Part shown: one piece after another, positions 19,266-29,719 of the stretch
Position numbering within the stretch: the stretch's first letter is position 1
How the letters are laid out: each line of letters begins with the position of its first letter
Assembly: GCA_041178425.1 (NCBI GenBank)
Contig: JBEGVH010000020.1
Location: forward strand, 1 to 64,000
Source of the DNA: Pseudomonadota bacterium
GTDB lineage: Bacteria; Bdellovibrionota; Bdellovibrionia; Bdellovibrionales; Bdellovibrionaceae
Direction: 5' to 3'
DNA: 64,000 nt
Position numbers and translations under genes: made by a program
Notes under the pieces: generated by a model
Databases searched by the model: none
Told to the model about the DNA's origin: nothing
Seen by the model: only the letters and a program-made list of their open reading frames with translations

Positions 19266-19635
19266 AGGGTTTTGCTGTAAGCCGGATTCTGTCTTCAAAG
19301 TCGTCCTTGTACACGACTGAGGAGACTGTCATTCCTCTGGGAGTTCTCTCACGAAAACCCTCAAGCGATCTGACCCGGAGGCACGTGCGGGTCGCACTTA
19401 TCGCCTCCCTATTTGATCTTGCTCCACACAGAGTTTAGCTATTTTCACTCCAGCAGCTCCCCTAAGAGCTCCCGTTCCCGCTCTCAGGCTCAATGCCCTG
19501 GACATTTTCTCTGTTCCACTGTTCCTCATCTTGCGATGGAGGGGTATTACCCCCTGTGTCACCCTACGGAGTCCAGACTTTCCTCAAAGAAAACAGATGG
19601 TTAAACCCACTCTCCTTGCGACAATCCACAAAACC
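19266..19635 (-). ncRNA. rnpB: RNase P RNA (bacterial)
   Basis: Minus strand carries GAGGAAAGTCTGGACTC and 3' ACAGAATCCGGCTTAC; P1 helix GGTTTTGT/GCAAAACC; flanked by a promoter and a terminator. Ends approximate. Confidence 0.95.
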
Positions 19636-19641
19636 GACAGC

Positions 19642-19669
19642 AGTATAACACAAAGTAGCGATTTCTCAA
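19642..19669 (-). promoter_or_regulatory. Sigma70 promoter of rnpB
   Basis: TTGAGA-N16-TATACT with an extended TG motif. Confidence 0.7.
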
Positions 19670-19734
19670 AACCTGATCCTTTTCTTAATACGATTTTTCG
19701 TTTAGTTTAAATTCATCAATAAAAAGGAGCCCCT

Positions 19735-20148
19735 ATGAAGTCATTGCTAATCGCATTTGTTGCCCTTGCCTCACTCTCTGCTCAAGCAAACGAAGGAAAT
19801 ATTGAGCTTTATCACCAAGAAAAACCCAACACTGCTGTTATCCAAAGACCAGCCATCCCCAATTTAACGTCTCCCGCTCCGCTGGCCACCGTTGATGCTG
19901 GCGCTATTACGCTTCAATGGAGCAAAATTGAAGATGCTTCTCACTACGCGCTCCAAGTTTCGACAGACCCTGTGTTTTATAGCATTCTAGTGAATGAGCC
20001 CATTTTTAAAGACACTAGCTATACTTTTAAAGATGTAAAGTTAGAAGCTGGTAAGAAATACTATTGGAGAGTCGCGGCGGTAAAAGCTGGCAACCAACTT
20101 GGAAGCACTAAAAGCTTATTTAATCGCAGCAGTTTTACTGTTAAATAA
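19735..20148 (+). CDS. Small secreted fibronectin type III-like protein
   Basis: Signal peptide; TLQWS..ASHYALQVS..LEAGKKYYWRVAAV FN3 pattern. Confidence 0.75.
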   Translation: MKSLLIAFVALASLSAQANEGNIELYHQEKPNTAVIQRPAIPNLTSPAPLATVDAGAITLQWSKIEDASHYALQVSTDPVFYSILVNEPIFKDTSYTFKDVKLEAGKKYYWRVAAVKAGNQLGSTKSLFNRSSFTVK

Positions 20149-20179
20149 AAACCATTCACAGATCAATTAATCTGACTGA

Positions 20180-21811
20180 ATGCTTTTTAATTCATTCCCT
20201 TTTTTTCTCCTGGTGTTCTTGTGGGGACACCAGGTGTTCGCTGACCCCATCGAAGATTTTTTTCAGTCTTTAAACTCTCCTCATCTAAAAGTCGCCACTC
20301 AATTAGAGACCTCTGCGATTAAAACTAAAACACATATTTTAAAAAACCTGGGTCTCACTTGGAAACCCAAGCTCGAGATTCCCTTAGAGTCCGACAACTG
20401 CGCCACCTCGTCTCTCCAAAAGGCAATCTCGATCAGTGATGGGCGATCGACGATTAAACAATGGTGGCAACGGTGCGAACCCTCCTGGCGTCTCGACTCT
20501 TTTAATTTTGTTACTCATAGCGAGGCTATTCTTCGCACCGACTTTGAACCTACTCAGCACCCTGCCGCGCGAATTGTTACATTGACCATCGCCAATGGCA
20601 TCAAGGTTCCAGGCCTGTTGTTTTTAAAAGGACCCGTAGCGCGACCTCTAGTGATTTTGCGCCCGGGAATCTTTTCTTCGTACGAAGCTACCGTGGCCGA
20701 GCGTTTTTTAATGATGCAGCTCTTTGACGAAGGCCCCTACCACCTGCTCGTCTTGCCTAGCACATCAAGCCGGTCGTACATTGAACTCAATCATCATTTT
20801 AACTTTGGCGGCCTCGAGGAAGGATTACAAACAGCCGAGGTACTCCAACGCCTACAAGACACCAAAGAACCACTCCACCGCTACATCAGCAAAATTCATC
20901 TCGTTGGAATTAGCCTTGGCGGGCACGGTCTTTGGCTCACCAACTTTCTTCAACAAGTGAGTCAAAAGAAGTGGGTAGACAAAAGCCTGCTTCTTTGCCC
21001 GGCCGTCCATCTCGAGGCCATGTATCGTTCGCAAAAAAAGTACTTACTAGAAAGCCTCTTTGTTCAAAACTGGTTCGACCGAAGACTCTCACCCGAGGCC
21101 CACCGACTAGGCCTCAAAGAAAAAGAAAACATATCTGATTTTCTAGAGCGCCAATTTAAAAATGGTCAACCGCCCAAAGTGCCTTGGCCCAATTATGTTA
21201 AACCTCCCTTCCCGTCGGCCACTAATCACTGGGAGTGGAATGACTTTTGGTCTTGGCTGCCACCCTACGATTTTACAAACACCTTTGTTATTTGGACGAC
21301 AAAAGATCCAGTGGTTCCGCCACCTCTCAATGTGGAAACACTCAAAGTTCAGCTCAACGCGAGGCCCGATAATTTTATGGAGCTACCACGCGGCCTTCAC
21401 TGCTCTTTGCCTACCACTTATAATTGGCGGGCCGTTTCTATGAGTATCCGAGGTTATCTTGATCCATTGTATTTGCCGTCAATGAACGCGGATTTTTCGA
21501 AAATAATTTCAGGAGTCTCCGAGATATCGAGCCTTCTCATTAGACGTATTGAGGTGAACAACCAATCACTGAAGATAACTTTAGAACTAAATTTAAAAAC
21601 GTTTTTTCCTGAAAAAAAAATGCTTAGCTTCGAAGTTCCTTCCACATTAAGCGATCACTCTTGGCTCCTATCTCAATTTGATGAAACTTTGCAAGAAAGC
21701 CTTATTCGGGAGTTTTCAAGCCGGCTTTCTTGGGTTCAAGAACAAAACAATTTAACGATCAAAATACATCCTCTTTGGAAACGCCCTTTAACGGAAAGTC
21801 CGAATGAATAA
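20180..21811 (+). CDS. Secreted alpha/beta hydrolase
   Basis: Signal peptide, GISLGG, DPVV, GLHC (Ser-Asp-His order). Confidence 0.72.
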   Translation: MLFNSFPFFLLVFLWGHQVFADPIEDFFQSLNSPHLKVATQLETSAIKTKTHILKNLGLTWKPKLEIPLESDNCATSSLQKAISISDGRSTIKQWWQRCEPSWRLDSFNFVTHSEAILRTDFEPTQHPAARIVTLTIANGIKVPGLLFLKGPVARPLVILRPGIFSSYEATVAERFLMMQLFDEGPYHLLVLPSTSSRSYIELNHHFNFGGLEEGLQTAEVLQRLQDTKEPLHRYISKIHLVGISLGGHGLWLTNFLQQVSQKKWVDKSLLLCPAVHLEAMYRSQKKYLLESLFVQNWFDRRLSPEAHRLGLKEKENISDFLERQFKNGQPPKVPWPNYVKPPFPSATNHWEWNDFWSWLPPYDFTNTFVIWTTKDPVVPPPLNVETLKVQLNARPDNFMELPRGLHCSLPTTYNWRAVSMSIRGYLDPLYLPSMNADFSKIISGVSEISSLLIRRIEVNNQSLKITLELNLKTFFPEKKMLSFEVPSTLSDHSWLLSQFDETLQESLIREFSSRLSWVQEQNNLTIKIHPLWKRPLTESPNE

Positions 21812-23087
21812 ATTATTTTTTGTAATAATAATCTTTTTAATTTCTTCGAAGGCCGTGGTTGCTCAAACTATTTCTGATTCTGAAGAGGAATGGGAAATTT
21901 CATCAACCACTCACCTCTGGATGAGAGGCCAGCGATCAGAATTGCGCGAAACCCCTTTGGTCGCTGATTCTTCGCTCATGGCCAGCGCCCAAAAATCAGG
22001 TGGATTCTTGGTTCAAGAGAGTCTCCGCTTGCAAAAAAATCGACATCAGTGGTTGCTTCGCCCCTCAATCGACATCACCGAGAGTCTCTACACCCTTTAC
22101 CCTCTCGAAGGTGAAAAGATTCGCTCAAAAACCACGGCTCACTGGAACGAACTCTATTGGCAATTCACTGGCCACGACTTCTGGATGGTTGCTATCGGTC
22201 TTCAGAACTATCAATGGGGCCCGGCGGAGTTGATGAGCCCCAGCAATCCTCTTTTTCATCTCTTTACCAACTCACAGGACCCCACGTTTCAAATGCCCGG
22301 ACGCAATATTGTGCGACTTAATCTCACTCCCGATGCCAACTGGAGTGTTATTTCGATGTTTGAAGTGATGAAAAATGAAGAAAACGAATTTTTAGCAGAG
22401 CAAAAATTTGCACCTAAAAAACTACTCAAGGTGGAGCGACGCTTAGAGAACCCCGCCGACTACTGGGGGCTCACAGCCGGAGTTGAACAAAAAGGTGATG
22501 CTTTCATTGGGGCTTATGCGAACAATACTCTGGCAGAAACTTGGTCAGCTTACGTTGATGTGAAACAAACTGCCATCTCTGAACGATTTCACCCAATAGC
22601 AAGGGCACCTCTGCTTGCCGACATGAGTCTTCAGGATGAGGCCGGTAAACCCTATGCTCTGGGTCTTTTTGGTGTTCGCCTAGAAACGGAGGATTTCGAC
22701 TGTCGTTATGAATGGCTATTTAATGAGCTTGGCTTTAACGACCAAGACATGACTCTTGCAGGTCTTTCAATTTTACCTCAAAATCCAAACTTTAGGCAAA
22801 ATCAGAGCCGTTTTTTTAACAGCGGCCGAGAACTTCCCTCGCGCAACTACGATTACCTTTCTCTACGGTTTAACCGGTTTTTTTCCTTTAAAAACCTGGG
22901 TTTTGCCCTCAGAACCCTCCGTTCTAAACGCGATGATTCATCAATGATGACAGCACAGTGGGATGGAACTTGGCGTGATAATTGGACTTTTTACTTTAGC
23001 GCCCAATTTTCTCCAAAAAATAATAGCGGTGAGATGAATATGCTCTACAAAAATAAATTAAACTCCGGTATCAAATACACGTGGTAA
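21804..23087 (+). CDS. Putative outer-membrane beta-barrel protein
   Basis: Signal peptide, amphipathic strands, 'GLQNYQWG' porin-like motif, C-terminal GIKYTW. Confidence 0.65.
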   Translation: MNKLFFVIIIFLISSKAVVAQTISDSEEEWEISSTTHLWMRGQRSELRETPLVADSSLMASAQKSGGFLVQESLRLQKNRHQWLLRPSIDITESLYTLYPLEGEKIRSKTTAHWNELYWQFTGHDFWMVAIGLQNYQWGPAELMSPSNPLFHLFTNSQDPTFQMPGRNIVRLNLTPDANWSVISMFEVMKNEENEFLAEQKFAPKKLLKVERRLENPADYWGLTAGVEQKGDAFIGAYANNTLAETWSAYVDVKQTAISERFHPIARAPLLADMSLQDEAGKPYALGLFGVRLETEDFDCRYEWLFNELGFNDQDMTLAGLSILPQNPNFRQNQSRFFNSGRELPSRNYDYLSLRFNRFFSFKNLGFALRTLRSKRDDSSMMTAQWDGTWRDNWTFYFSAQFSPKNNSGEMNMLYKNKLNSGIKYTW

Positions 23088-23117
23088 ACAATCGGCCTAA
23101 CCTTTAGGGAGAGACTC

Positions 23118-23771
23118 ATGCATCCGAATGAATACGTAAAAAATGTACTAGTCACTGAATCTAATAATTTTGATGTGATCGGGGCTCGTTTCAATGTTAG
23201 CGACGAGAATAAAGAGACTTCAAGCCAGGCCATTAGAAATATTCGATTACTTCATGCCACCATGGGTATCTGTACAGAGGTGGGAGAGCTTTTTGAGTTT
23301 CTTGAAAAAGCCAACCTTGACTTCACAAACCTCAAAGAAGAAGTCGGCGATGCTTTCTGGTATTGCGGTATCGCTATTGATGAATTAAATCTGAATCTCG
23401 AACACATGGTTTTGGAAGGCAAGAGCCTCGCCCATTCATTCCAAGAAACAAGCGAAACGGCAAAACGAGCTCATCTCGTGAACCTCCTTTCGAAGGCCAC
23501 CAAAGAGTCGAGCGTTCTCCTAGATCTTTTAAAAAAATCAGCATTTTACGGAAAGACGCTCGACCAAGACAAATTTAATCTTGTTATCACCCACTTTGTG
23601 GGCTCGATGATGGCCGTATTAGCTCTCGGTGGATTCACCGTAGAAGAGGCAATGGAAGTTAATATTGCTAAGCTCCGCAAGCGTTATGGCGATAAGTTCA
23701 CCGAAGCAGCAGCTATCACTCGTAATCTCGAAGCGGAAAGAAAAATTTTAGAAGGCCAAGCCAACGCTTAA
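23118..23771 (+). CDS. MazG-like all-alpha NTP pyrophosphohydrolase
   Basis: GICTEVGELFE, KEEVGDAFWY, NIAKLRKRYG. Confidence 0.78.
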   Translation: MHPNEYVKNVLVTESNNFDVIGARFNVSDENKETSSQAIRNIRLLHATMGICTEVGELFEFLEKANLDFTNLKEEVGDAFWYCGIAIDELNLNLEHMVLEGKSLAHSFQETSETAKRAHLVNLLSKATKESSVLLDLLKKSAFYGKTLDQDKFNLVITHFVGSMMAVLALGGFTVEEAMEVNIAKLRKRYGDKFTEAAAITRNLEAERKILEGQANA

Positions 23772-23819
23772 GCGTATTTTGTCTTCGTCATAGGTGTGAA
23801 TAAGAAAGTGTAACTTGCC

Positions 23820-24467
23820 ATGCAAATAGAGACTTTAAACATTCACACCTTCACCGTTGACCGCTGGGAAACGATCAACCCTAGCGATGCTCTCTCTGCC
23901 GGAGACATTCATCTCTGGCGCATCAACAGCCTTCCAACAAAAGAGCAAAGCTCCCTTGAAGCTTGTGAACCTTTGTTAAGATTTTATTTAGGCTCTGATT
24001 TTAGAATTCAAAAAAATCCTCAAGGAAAGCCGATCGCCCTCACCAAAGAGGGTGACGTCCATCAGGTTCAGTTCAACCTTTCACACACCAAAGATTTATT
24101 TGTTATTTGTTTTGTTCGAGACCATCATGTCGGTGTCGACGTAGAGAGATTACAACCCGAGCGTTCTTGGAAACCTCTCGCCAAACGTTTTTATGATCCC
24201 GCAGAGGTCATTCAAATCGAAACTGCGGCTGAAAGCATCCAACAAGACCTGTTCTACCAATTCTGGACCCTAAAAGAATCCATGATCAAGTGCCTCGGTC
24301 TTTCTATTTTTACCGGCCTCCCCAGAGCCCGATTTCGTATCCAAGAGCAGCGCATTTCGCTCCTCAATCCTTCGACCGAAGACACTCAACACCGCTTTCT
24401 ACATTTCAAAAACACTCACTATTTTTCAATTGCAGTAACGCCTTTTGTAGCCCCTCAAATCGATTAA
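23820..24467 (+). CDS. Sfp-type 4'-phosphopantetheinyl transferase
   Basis: GKP, FNLSHT, VGVDVE, FWTLKESMIKCLG. Confidence 0.9.
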   Translation: MQIETLNIHTFTVDRWETINPSDALSAGDIHLWRINSLPTKEQSSLEACEPLLRFYLGSDFRIQKNPQGKPIALTKEGDVHQVQFNLSHTKDLFVICFVRDHHVGVDVERLQPERSWKPLAKRFYDPAEVIQIETAAESIQQDLFYQFWTLKESMIKCLGLSIFTGLPRARFRIQEQRISLLNPSTEDTQHRFLHFKNTHYFSIAVTPFVAPQID

Positions 24468-24566
24468 TCTTGTTTAAAGTGCCCCTCTCTGTCGCCACGC
24501 CAGAACAAAATATAATGATCCTCTCCGCGCTCCCCTCAAAGAACGCCTGCTCATCGTTTTAATCTC

Positions 24567-24581
24567 TGGCACCTGGATTGC
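24567..24581 (+). promoter_or_regulatory. Sigma54 promoter of the Agl-Glt-like operon
   Basis: Exact TGGCAC-N5-TTGC about 65 bp upstream of the start codon. Confidence 0.75.
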
Positions 24582-24646
24582 CATTACGAACGTTCGTATT
24601 GGAAGTAAGACAATGAAAAAACTTCCCTGTGACAAGAGGAGACAAT

Positions 24647-25333
24647 ATGTTGCAAGCATTACAAAATATAGGACAAGGTTTTATCGCTGGCGGTATTTGG
24701 ATGTGGGCTATACTAGCCTGCCAAATTTTTTCGATGGCGATTATCGGTGAACGTATCATCAGCCTTTATATCAAGAGAAAACCCAATCAACTCAGAAAGG
24801 TCATGCCTCTTGAGAAAACAATAAAATCAGGAAACCTTGAGACACTTTTAGATCAATCAAAAGAAATGAAAAGCTCTGATCCTATTGGGCAGGTTGCTCT
24901 TGTGGGAGCTCAATCGGCCATTAACTTTGGTGGCAAAGAGGAAATTCAGTTAAAAATAGACGAGGTCCTCGTTGAAACAAACCAACGCTTAGATAAAAAC
25001 ACCGGATACCTTGGAACGATTGCTAACGTGAGTACGCTCCTAGGACTTCTTGGAACGATCATTGGTATGATTGACGCCTTTTCATCACTGGGTGCAGCCT
25101 CTGCAGCTGATCGCGCAACACTTCTTGCGCAAGGTATTTCGATGGCAATGTACACCACTGCTTACGGCCTTATCGTGGCAATACCTTCATTGGCCGCTTA
25201 CGCCGTTCTACAAAACCGAAGCCAAACACTGATGGAAGACCTCAATAAAGCAGCCATGAAGCTTTATATTTGGATGACGTATTCTTTTGAATCGGTTCCA
25301 ACATCAAAAACAAAGACCTCTGGCAAAGCCTAG
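24647..25333 (+). CDS. MotA/TolQ/ExbB proton channel (AglR-like)
   Basis: LLGLLGTIIGMIDAF and MYTTAYGLIVAIP. ATG 24647 follows AGGAG (track start 24629). Confidence 0.9.
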   Translation: MLQALQNIGQGFIAGGIWMWAILACQIFSMAIIGERIISLYIKRKPNQLRKVMPLEKTIKSGNLETLLDQSKEMKSSDPIGQVALVGAQSAINFGGKEEIQLKIDEVLVETNQRLDKNTGYLGTIANVSTLLGLLGTIIGMIDAFSSLGAASAADRATLLAQGISMAMYTTAYGLIVAIPSLAAYAVLQNRSQTLMEDLNKAAMKLYIWMTYSFESVPTSKTKTSGKA

Positions 25334-25384
25334 TTGTTAATACACTCATTGGAAGCTCGATTTATCTGAGAAAGGTCTCTTAAA

Positions 25385-25852
25385 ATGAACACTAAAGCAA
25401 AAGATCTCGATTTCGAAGTGAACTTGCTACCAGTACTATCGGTGCTGTCGATTTGTATTTGTTTTTTGCTGACGACGGCGATTTGGTCGCGCATGGGTTA
25501 TATCGGAATCAATCAAGCCATTGGCGATCAAATGCCGAGCTCGAGTAAAAATCCAGATTCTGTTTTCATGAAGGTCAAAACTAATGGCCAACTTCTTTTA
25601 CAGTGGAAAAGCGGAGAAGACTCCTCTCTTCTCTCGGAATCCACTGTACAACCCGCTGCTGGCCACCAGTTTAATTGGTCGAAAGCAAAATCAGAAATCG
25701 CAAAACTTGTTGCCAAATCAAAAACTTCAACGGTCATCGTAATGCCCGAAATCGGTGTGAACTATGGTGAAACCATTCGAGCTCTGGATGTACTTAAAGG
25801 GCTTTCACTCCAAATAGGTTTAGCTCCTGCGATAAAAGGAGACTTAAAATGA
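25385..25852 (+). CDS. ExbD/TolR-family protein (AglQ/AglS-like; TM Asp replaced by Ser)
   Basis: EVNLLPVLSVLSICICFLL TM; C-terminal YGETIRALDVLK. Confidence 0.8.
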   Translation: MNTKAKDLDFEVNLLPVLSVLSICICFLLTTAIWSRMGYIGINQAIGDQMPSSSKNPDSVFMKVKTNGQLLLQWKSGEDSSLLSESTVQPAAGHQFNWSKAKSEIAKLVAKSKTSTVIVMPEIGVNYGETIRALDVLKGLSLQIGLAPAIKGDLK

Positions 25853-26328
25853 GTTTTCAATCTCCCTTTAATAAATCAAATCGATCACCCATGCTTCTTG
25901 GTCAATCGCATTTGCGGCCTCAGCGATCCAACATAAAAAAGAAAGCCGCCACATTGATGATTACCTCTCTTGTGGATGCGTTTTCAATTTTGGTGATTTA
26001 CCTACTCTTTGGCCCCGCAATAACTGGTGAGGCAGTAAACCCTGAGTTGAAGTTACAACTACCTGTGGCCTACCAGAGTAGTCTTGCCGACCAAGAAACA
26101 AGCTTGGTGATTAAAAATAATCGCTATTACCTTCAAAACGAAGAAGTAGCTCCACAAAAATTAGTAGCAAAATTAAAGCAGGTCAGCCGTAAATTTTCAG
26201 ACAAAAAAGCTTTAGTTATTATTGCAGATCAGAAAAACGATATCGAAAAAATTAACCCGGTCCTTATCGCCGCTTCAGAAGCGGGGCTCAGCCAGCTTCG
26301 CCTTGCTGTAGAACACCAAGGGGAATAA
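25849..26328 (+). CDS. ExbD/TolR-family protein (AglS-like)
   Basis: LMITSLVDAFSILVIYLL, LQLPVA, IIADQ...AG. Confidence 0.82.
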   Translation: MSFQSPFNKSNRSPMLLGQSHLRPQRSNIKKKAATLMITSLVDAFSILVIYLLFGPAITGEAVNPELKLQLPVAYQSSLADQETSLVIKNNRYYLQNEEVAPQKLVAKLKQVSRKFSDKKALVIIADQKNDIEKINPVLIAASEAGLSQLRLAVEHQGE

Positions 26329-26331
26329 TTT

Positions 26332-29300
26332 ATGAAAAGAAGAGTATTTAATAATTTAAAGAGCCAACTCTTCCTACTTCTAACGGTATCAACGTTTGGG
26401 CTCTCCTCCTATGCAGAAAAAATGAGCCTCGAAGCTCATGATCTCGTCATCTCCAAACTCGAAAGCAGCCTTCAATTATTAAAACGGAAAGACCAGGCTG
26501 TGGATGGTCTTGGTTTACAACTTCAACTCGCCAATCTGTATGCCGACAAGGCTCGGCTTCTGCTTGTTGAAGAGGGGCGAAAGGGTTGCGACGGTTGTTT
26601 AGAATCGAAGCAATTCCGTAAAAAAGCCATCGGCCTTTATGAGCTGGTGCTGCCCCAACTCGTTGGTGGCGATCATGATCATATTGCCCTTCAACTGGCC
26701 CACCTCTACGAAACCACTGAAAAAAACAAACAAGCTCTCACAATATACAATAGCTTGATCCAAAACCAAAAAACGAACACCAAAACAGTTGCGATAGCTT
26801 TTTCAAAAAGAGCCTCAACACAATTTCGCGAGGGCTCCTTTGATGAGGCCATTGCCGATTTCAACAAGGTTCTCAAAAATACCCCAGACGATGGCCAAGG
26901 ACCTATTCACCATAAACTCGCTTGGGCCTTCTACAACAAAGGTGAAGTTGATCGAGCCATCGCGAAACTTTTCTTGGTACTTAAAAATGAAGAATACCTG
27001 CAACAGGCAACTGATGATGGTTTTCAGTACAGCGAAAGTTTTCATAGTGAAGTGGCTCACGACCTGGCACTCTTTATGGCTAAAGATAACATCACCGAAA
27101 ACTCTATTGATGAACTGATTGCTGTTAGCCCAAAGCAAGATATAGTTAACAACCTTCTTTTTTTAGGCGACGAAGCGGAGAGGGTTGGACAAACCAAAGG
27201 TGCTCCTCTTGCCTGGGAAAGAGCCCTCTCAATGGATGACTTTCCCGACCACAAAAAGCTACCAGCTTTACTCAGCATTGCTCGTTACCATAGAGATCAG
27301 TTTAACTTTGCTAAAACTAAAGAGCTATACGGACAGGCCGTCGATTTTGCTAAAAAAACAAAAGGCGGATTCTTCAATCGTGAAAAATGCGATAATCGCT
27401 GTGAAGAACAAATAAAGACTCTGAAACAATTTCTCGTGCAATGGGAGAAGCGCGCAATTAAGCTATCTAGTCCCCATCAGGTCCGCACATCCCAGTTAGC
27501 ACTGTTAGAAGTCTATGAAATTTACCATCAATTTCAACCAAAAGACTACGAGACTCAACTCTGGCTTGCACAACTATCTCAAAAACTGAACCAATTAGGC
27601 CCCGCACTTAAGGCCTATGCTCGGGCGGCAGATCTTCTCGCCGAAACAAAAGACAAAGACGGCAGTAAAGCGAAAATCATCGATTCGGCACTACTAGAAG
27701 AGATAAAAATTGCTGAAACCCACGATGGTCAGAACGAAAAAATGGCAGCCTACAATCATTATTTAAGTCTCAGACCCAGCGGGCCTCACAAAAACCAGGT
27801 CCGGTACCAAAGAGCGAAGTTGCTCTACGATAAAAATGAATTCTCGGCAGCACTCATCGAATTTGATGAGATGGTTCATGACACAGCATTTACCAATCAG
27901 GAATTAAAAATTAAAGCAGCGAATCTTGCGCTCGACTCGTTGGTGCTCTTAAAAGATGTAGAAACCCTTGAAGCCAAGAGCTTAGAGTACGCTAACCTCT
28001 TCCCTCGGCAAGCGGCCCAGTTTCATAAAATTGCCCGTAATGCGGGAACTGAACTCGTGACGACGATCGCGAAAAAAGAAGATTCGTCTGCCGCTGCAGA
28101 AAAAGCACTAAAGAAACTCGAATCGGTAACTCTCAATGGTGTCGATAGCAAAGGTTTACAATCTCACTACCGTATGAAAATCGACCTCGCCTTAAAGGCG
28201 CAAAAGTGGGATATCGCCCACCGAGCCATCAATCAGTATCTCGGTCTTAAGGGTCTCATGGAGGCTGATCGACGTTGGGCACTCACAAAACAACTCTCTC
28301 TCTCAGAACTACTTCTTGATTTTAAGTCGGCCTACTCTACCGTTGTTCAGCTTAATTACTTTCGCTCTCCAAGTCCTCAAGATCTCTTAAAAGGAGCTCT
28401 TTTAGCAGAACTATCAGCAGAAAATTCAGTGCCTTGGTTAGAAAAGGTCGTTGAATCAAAAAAGTCATCGAAGCAACAAGTCGCCCTTGCAAGAGCGCAA
28501 TTGGTGAGACTTTCTAAGAATCCTTGGAAAAGACTCCACAAGGAAGCCAAACACCTTGCGAGCTCAAAAAACATCTTTGCCGATTTAGCGCTTGAATGCT
28601 TTGACCGCGACAATGATCTTTCGGAAGCTCAGTGGGTTCTTTCTCAACCTGGCATTCGAAACACCGATTCAGCAATGACTCTTCAGAGAATTCTCACGCT
28701 TGCTGAACTTCAAGAAAAAGCTCAGTTAACAAAACGAATGAAGCTTAATTCACGCACAGATGCTCTTTTGACGTCGTCTTTGAAAAACCGGATGAAGGCT
28801 CTCTCAGAGATGAAACGTTTTTTCCGTAGTGCCCAAAAACAACAAGACTGGACGCTGCAAGTAGTGGCCGCTTCGCTATTAAAAAATGAAAACCTACGTC
28901 TAGGTGCTGAGATTGAAGCACTCCCTCTGCCAAAAAAGCTAAACCCGAGGGAAAAACAGGCTTACCAACAGGAACTCGTCGTCCAAGCTAAGCCTTTTAA
29001 ACAAGCGGCAAAAGAGCTTGAAGGCTTCCTCGAGGAATCGTGGAAAGATTCAAGCTATGTTGATTTACTTCTCCGACGAATCGACGCTAATGATCGAATT
29101 CATTCTGTGCTCATGAATGAACTTCGTAGTTTAGCTGCCTTTGCACCCAGATCGGCTGTCGATAAAATTCAATTAACTCTGTCTGAATTTAAGAGCCGCC
29201 CTACTCAAAGGGAAGTATCAAAAACGAAGGCTAATCTAAGGCAGGATCCTTTCGATCTTGAGCTTCAAAATCGTTTACTAACGATGGAGCGAAAATTAGG

Positions 29301-29364
29301 GAATCAAAGCATGGTCGTTTTTTTACGAGCTCGCAGTAATAGTATTAAGGCAGGTGAATTATGA
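26332..29364 (+). CDS. Large periplasmic TPR protein (GltD/AgmU-like)
   Basis: Signal peptide and multiple TPR-like repeats (HKLAWAFYNKGEVDRA); position in the motor operon. Confidence 0.72.
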   Translation: MKRRVFNNLKSQLFLLLTVSTFGLSSYAEKMSLEAHDLVISKLESSLQLLKRKDQAVDGLGLQLQLANLYADKARLLLVEEGRKGCDGCLESKQFRKKAIGLYELVLPQLVGGDHDHIALQLAHLYETTEKNKQALTIYNSLIQNQKTNTKTVAIAFSKRASTQFREGSFDEAIADFNKVLKNTPDDGQGPIHHKLAWAFYNKGEVDRAIAKLFLVLKNEEYLQQATDDGFQYSESFHSEVAHDLALFMAKDNITENSIDELIAVSPKQDIVNNLLFLGDEAERVGQTKGAPLAWERALSMDDFPDHKKLPALLSIARYHRDQFNFAKTKELYGQAVDFAKKTKGGFFNREKCDNRCEEQIKTLKQFLVQWEKRAIKLSSPHQVRTSQLALLEVYEIYHQFQPKDYETQLWLAQLSQKLNQLGPALKAYARAADLLAETKDKDGSKAKIIDSALLEEIKIAETHDGQNEKMAAYNHYLSLRPSGPHKNQVRYQRAKLLYDKNEFSAALIEFDEMVHDTAFTNQELKIKAANLALDSLVLLKDVETLEAKSLEYANLFPRQAAQFHKIARNAGTELVTTIAKKEDSSAAAEKALKKLESVTLNGVDSKGLQSHYRMKIDLALKAQKWDIAHRAINQYLGLKGLMEADRRWALTKQLSLSELLLDFKSAYSTVVQLNYFRSPSPQDLLKGALLAELSAENSVPWLEKVVESKKSSKQQVALARAQLVRLSKNPWKRLHKEAKHLASSKNIFADLALECFDRDNDLSEAQWVLSQPGIRNTDSAMTLQRILTLAELQEKAQLTKRMKLNSRTDALLTSSLKNRMKALSEMKRFFRSAQKQQDWTLQVVAASLLKNENLRLGAEIEALPLPKKLNPREKQAYQQELVVQAKPFKQAAKELEGFLEESWKDSSYVDLLLRRIDANDRIHSVLMNELRSLAAFAPRSAVDKIQLTLSEFKSRPTQREVSKTKANLRQDPFDLELQNRLLTMERKLGNQSMVVFLRARSNSIKAGEL

Positions 29365-29711
29365 AATGGTTTTTACTTTTGAGTTTAACCGTTCAATTAG
29401 CTCTCACGAGTTTTTCATGGGCTAAACCCCACCCTCAGAATGTGACGACAAAAGAGGTGGGCTCCAAGCGAGATAATTCCTTGAAAAGTGGAATATCCAA
29501 GTCAGCAGCGGCACGTCATTTTAAAACTCGTGACGGCGAAAAAACTAAGCTTCAAAAGAGCATCCACTTCAATAATCGTGTTGTTCGCGGAAAACACCAG
29601 GTTCCGGGCGATGGTTCGGTGACGGTGGAAAATGAAAAATCTATTTTTAATTTAATTTCAATCCGTACTGATTTTAATGACCGTCGCAACGAAGAAAAAC
29701 AGAGAGACTGA
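29361..29711 (+). CDS. Small secreted gliding-cluster protein (GltF/CglF-like)
   Basis: Signal peptide; 'IHFNNRVVRGK..P' and 'NLISIRTDF' resemble the CglF/GltF pattern from memory. Confidence 0.55.
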   Translation: MKWFLLLSLTVQLALTSFSWAKPHPQNVTTKEVGSKRDNSLKSGISKSAAARHFKTRDGEKTKLQKSIHFNNRVVRGKHQVPGDGSVTVENEKSIFNLISIRTDFNDRRNEEKQRD

Positions 29712-29719
29712 GGTATATA

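Noticed and set aside
19413..19604. Short ORFs at 19413-19604 (+) and 19129-19332 (-)
   Set aside because: They overlap the RNase P RNA gene and are spurious.
16514..23771. Prophage remnant (tail-fibre S74 domain, MazG-like gene)
   Set aside because: The fibre has a Sec signal peptide; there are no capsid, terminase or integrase genes; rnpB and host-type genes intervene.
23820..24467. NRPS/PKS biosynthetic cluster signalled by the Sfp-type PPTase
   Set aside because: No carrier-protein, NRPS or PKS genes occur in the window.
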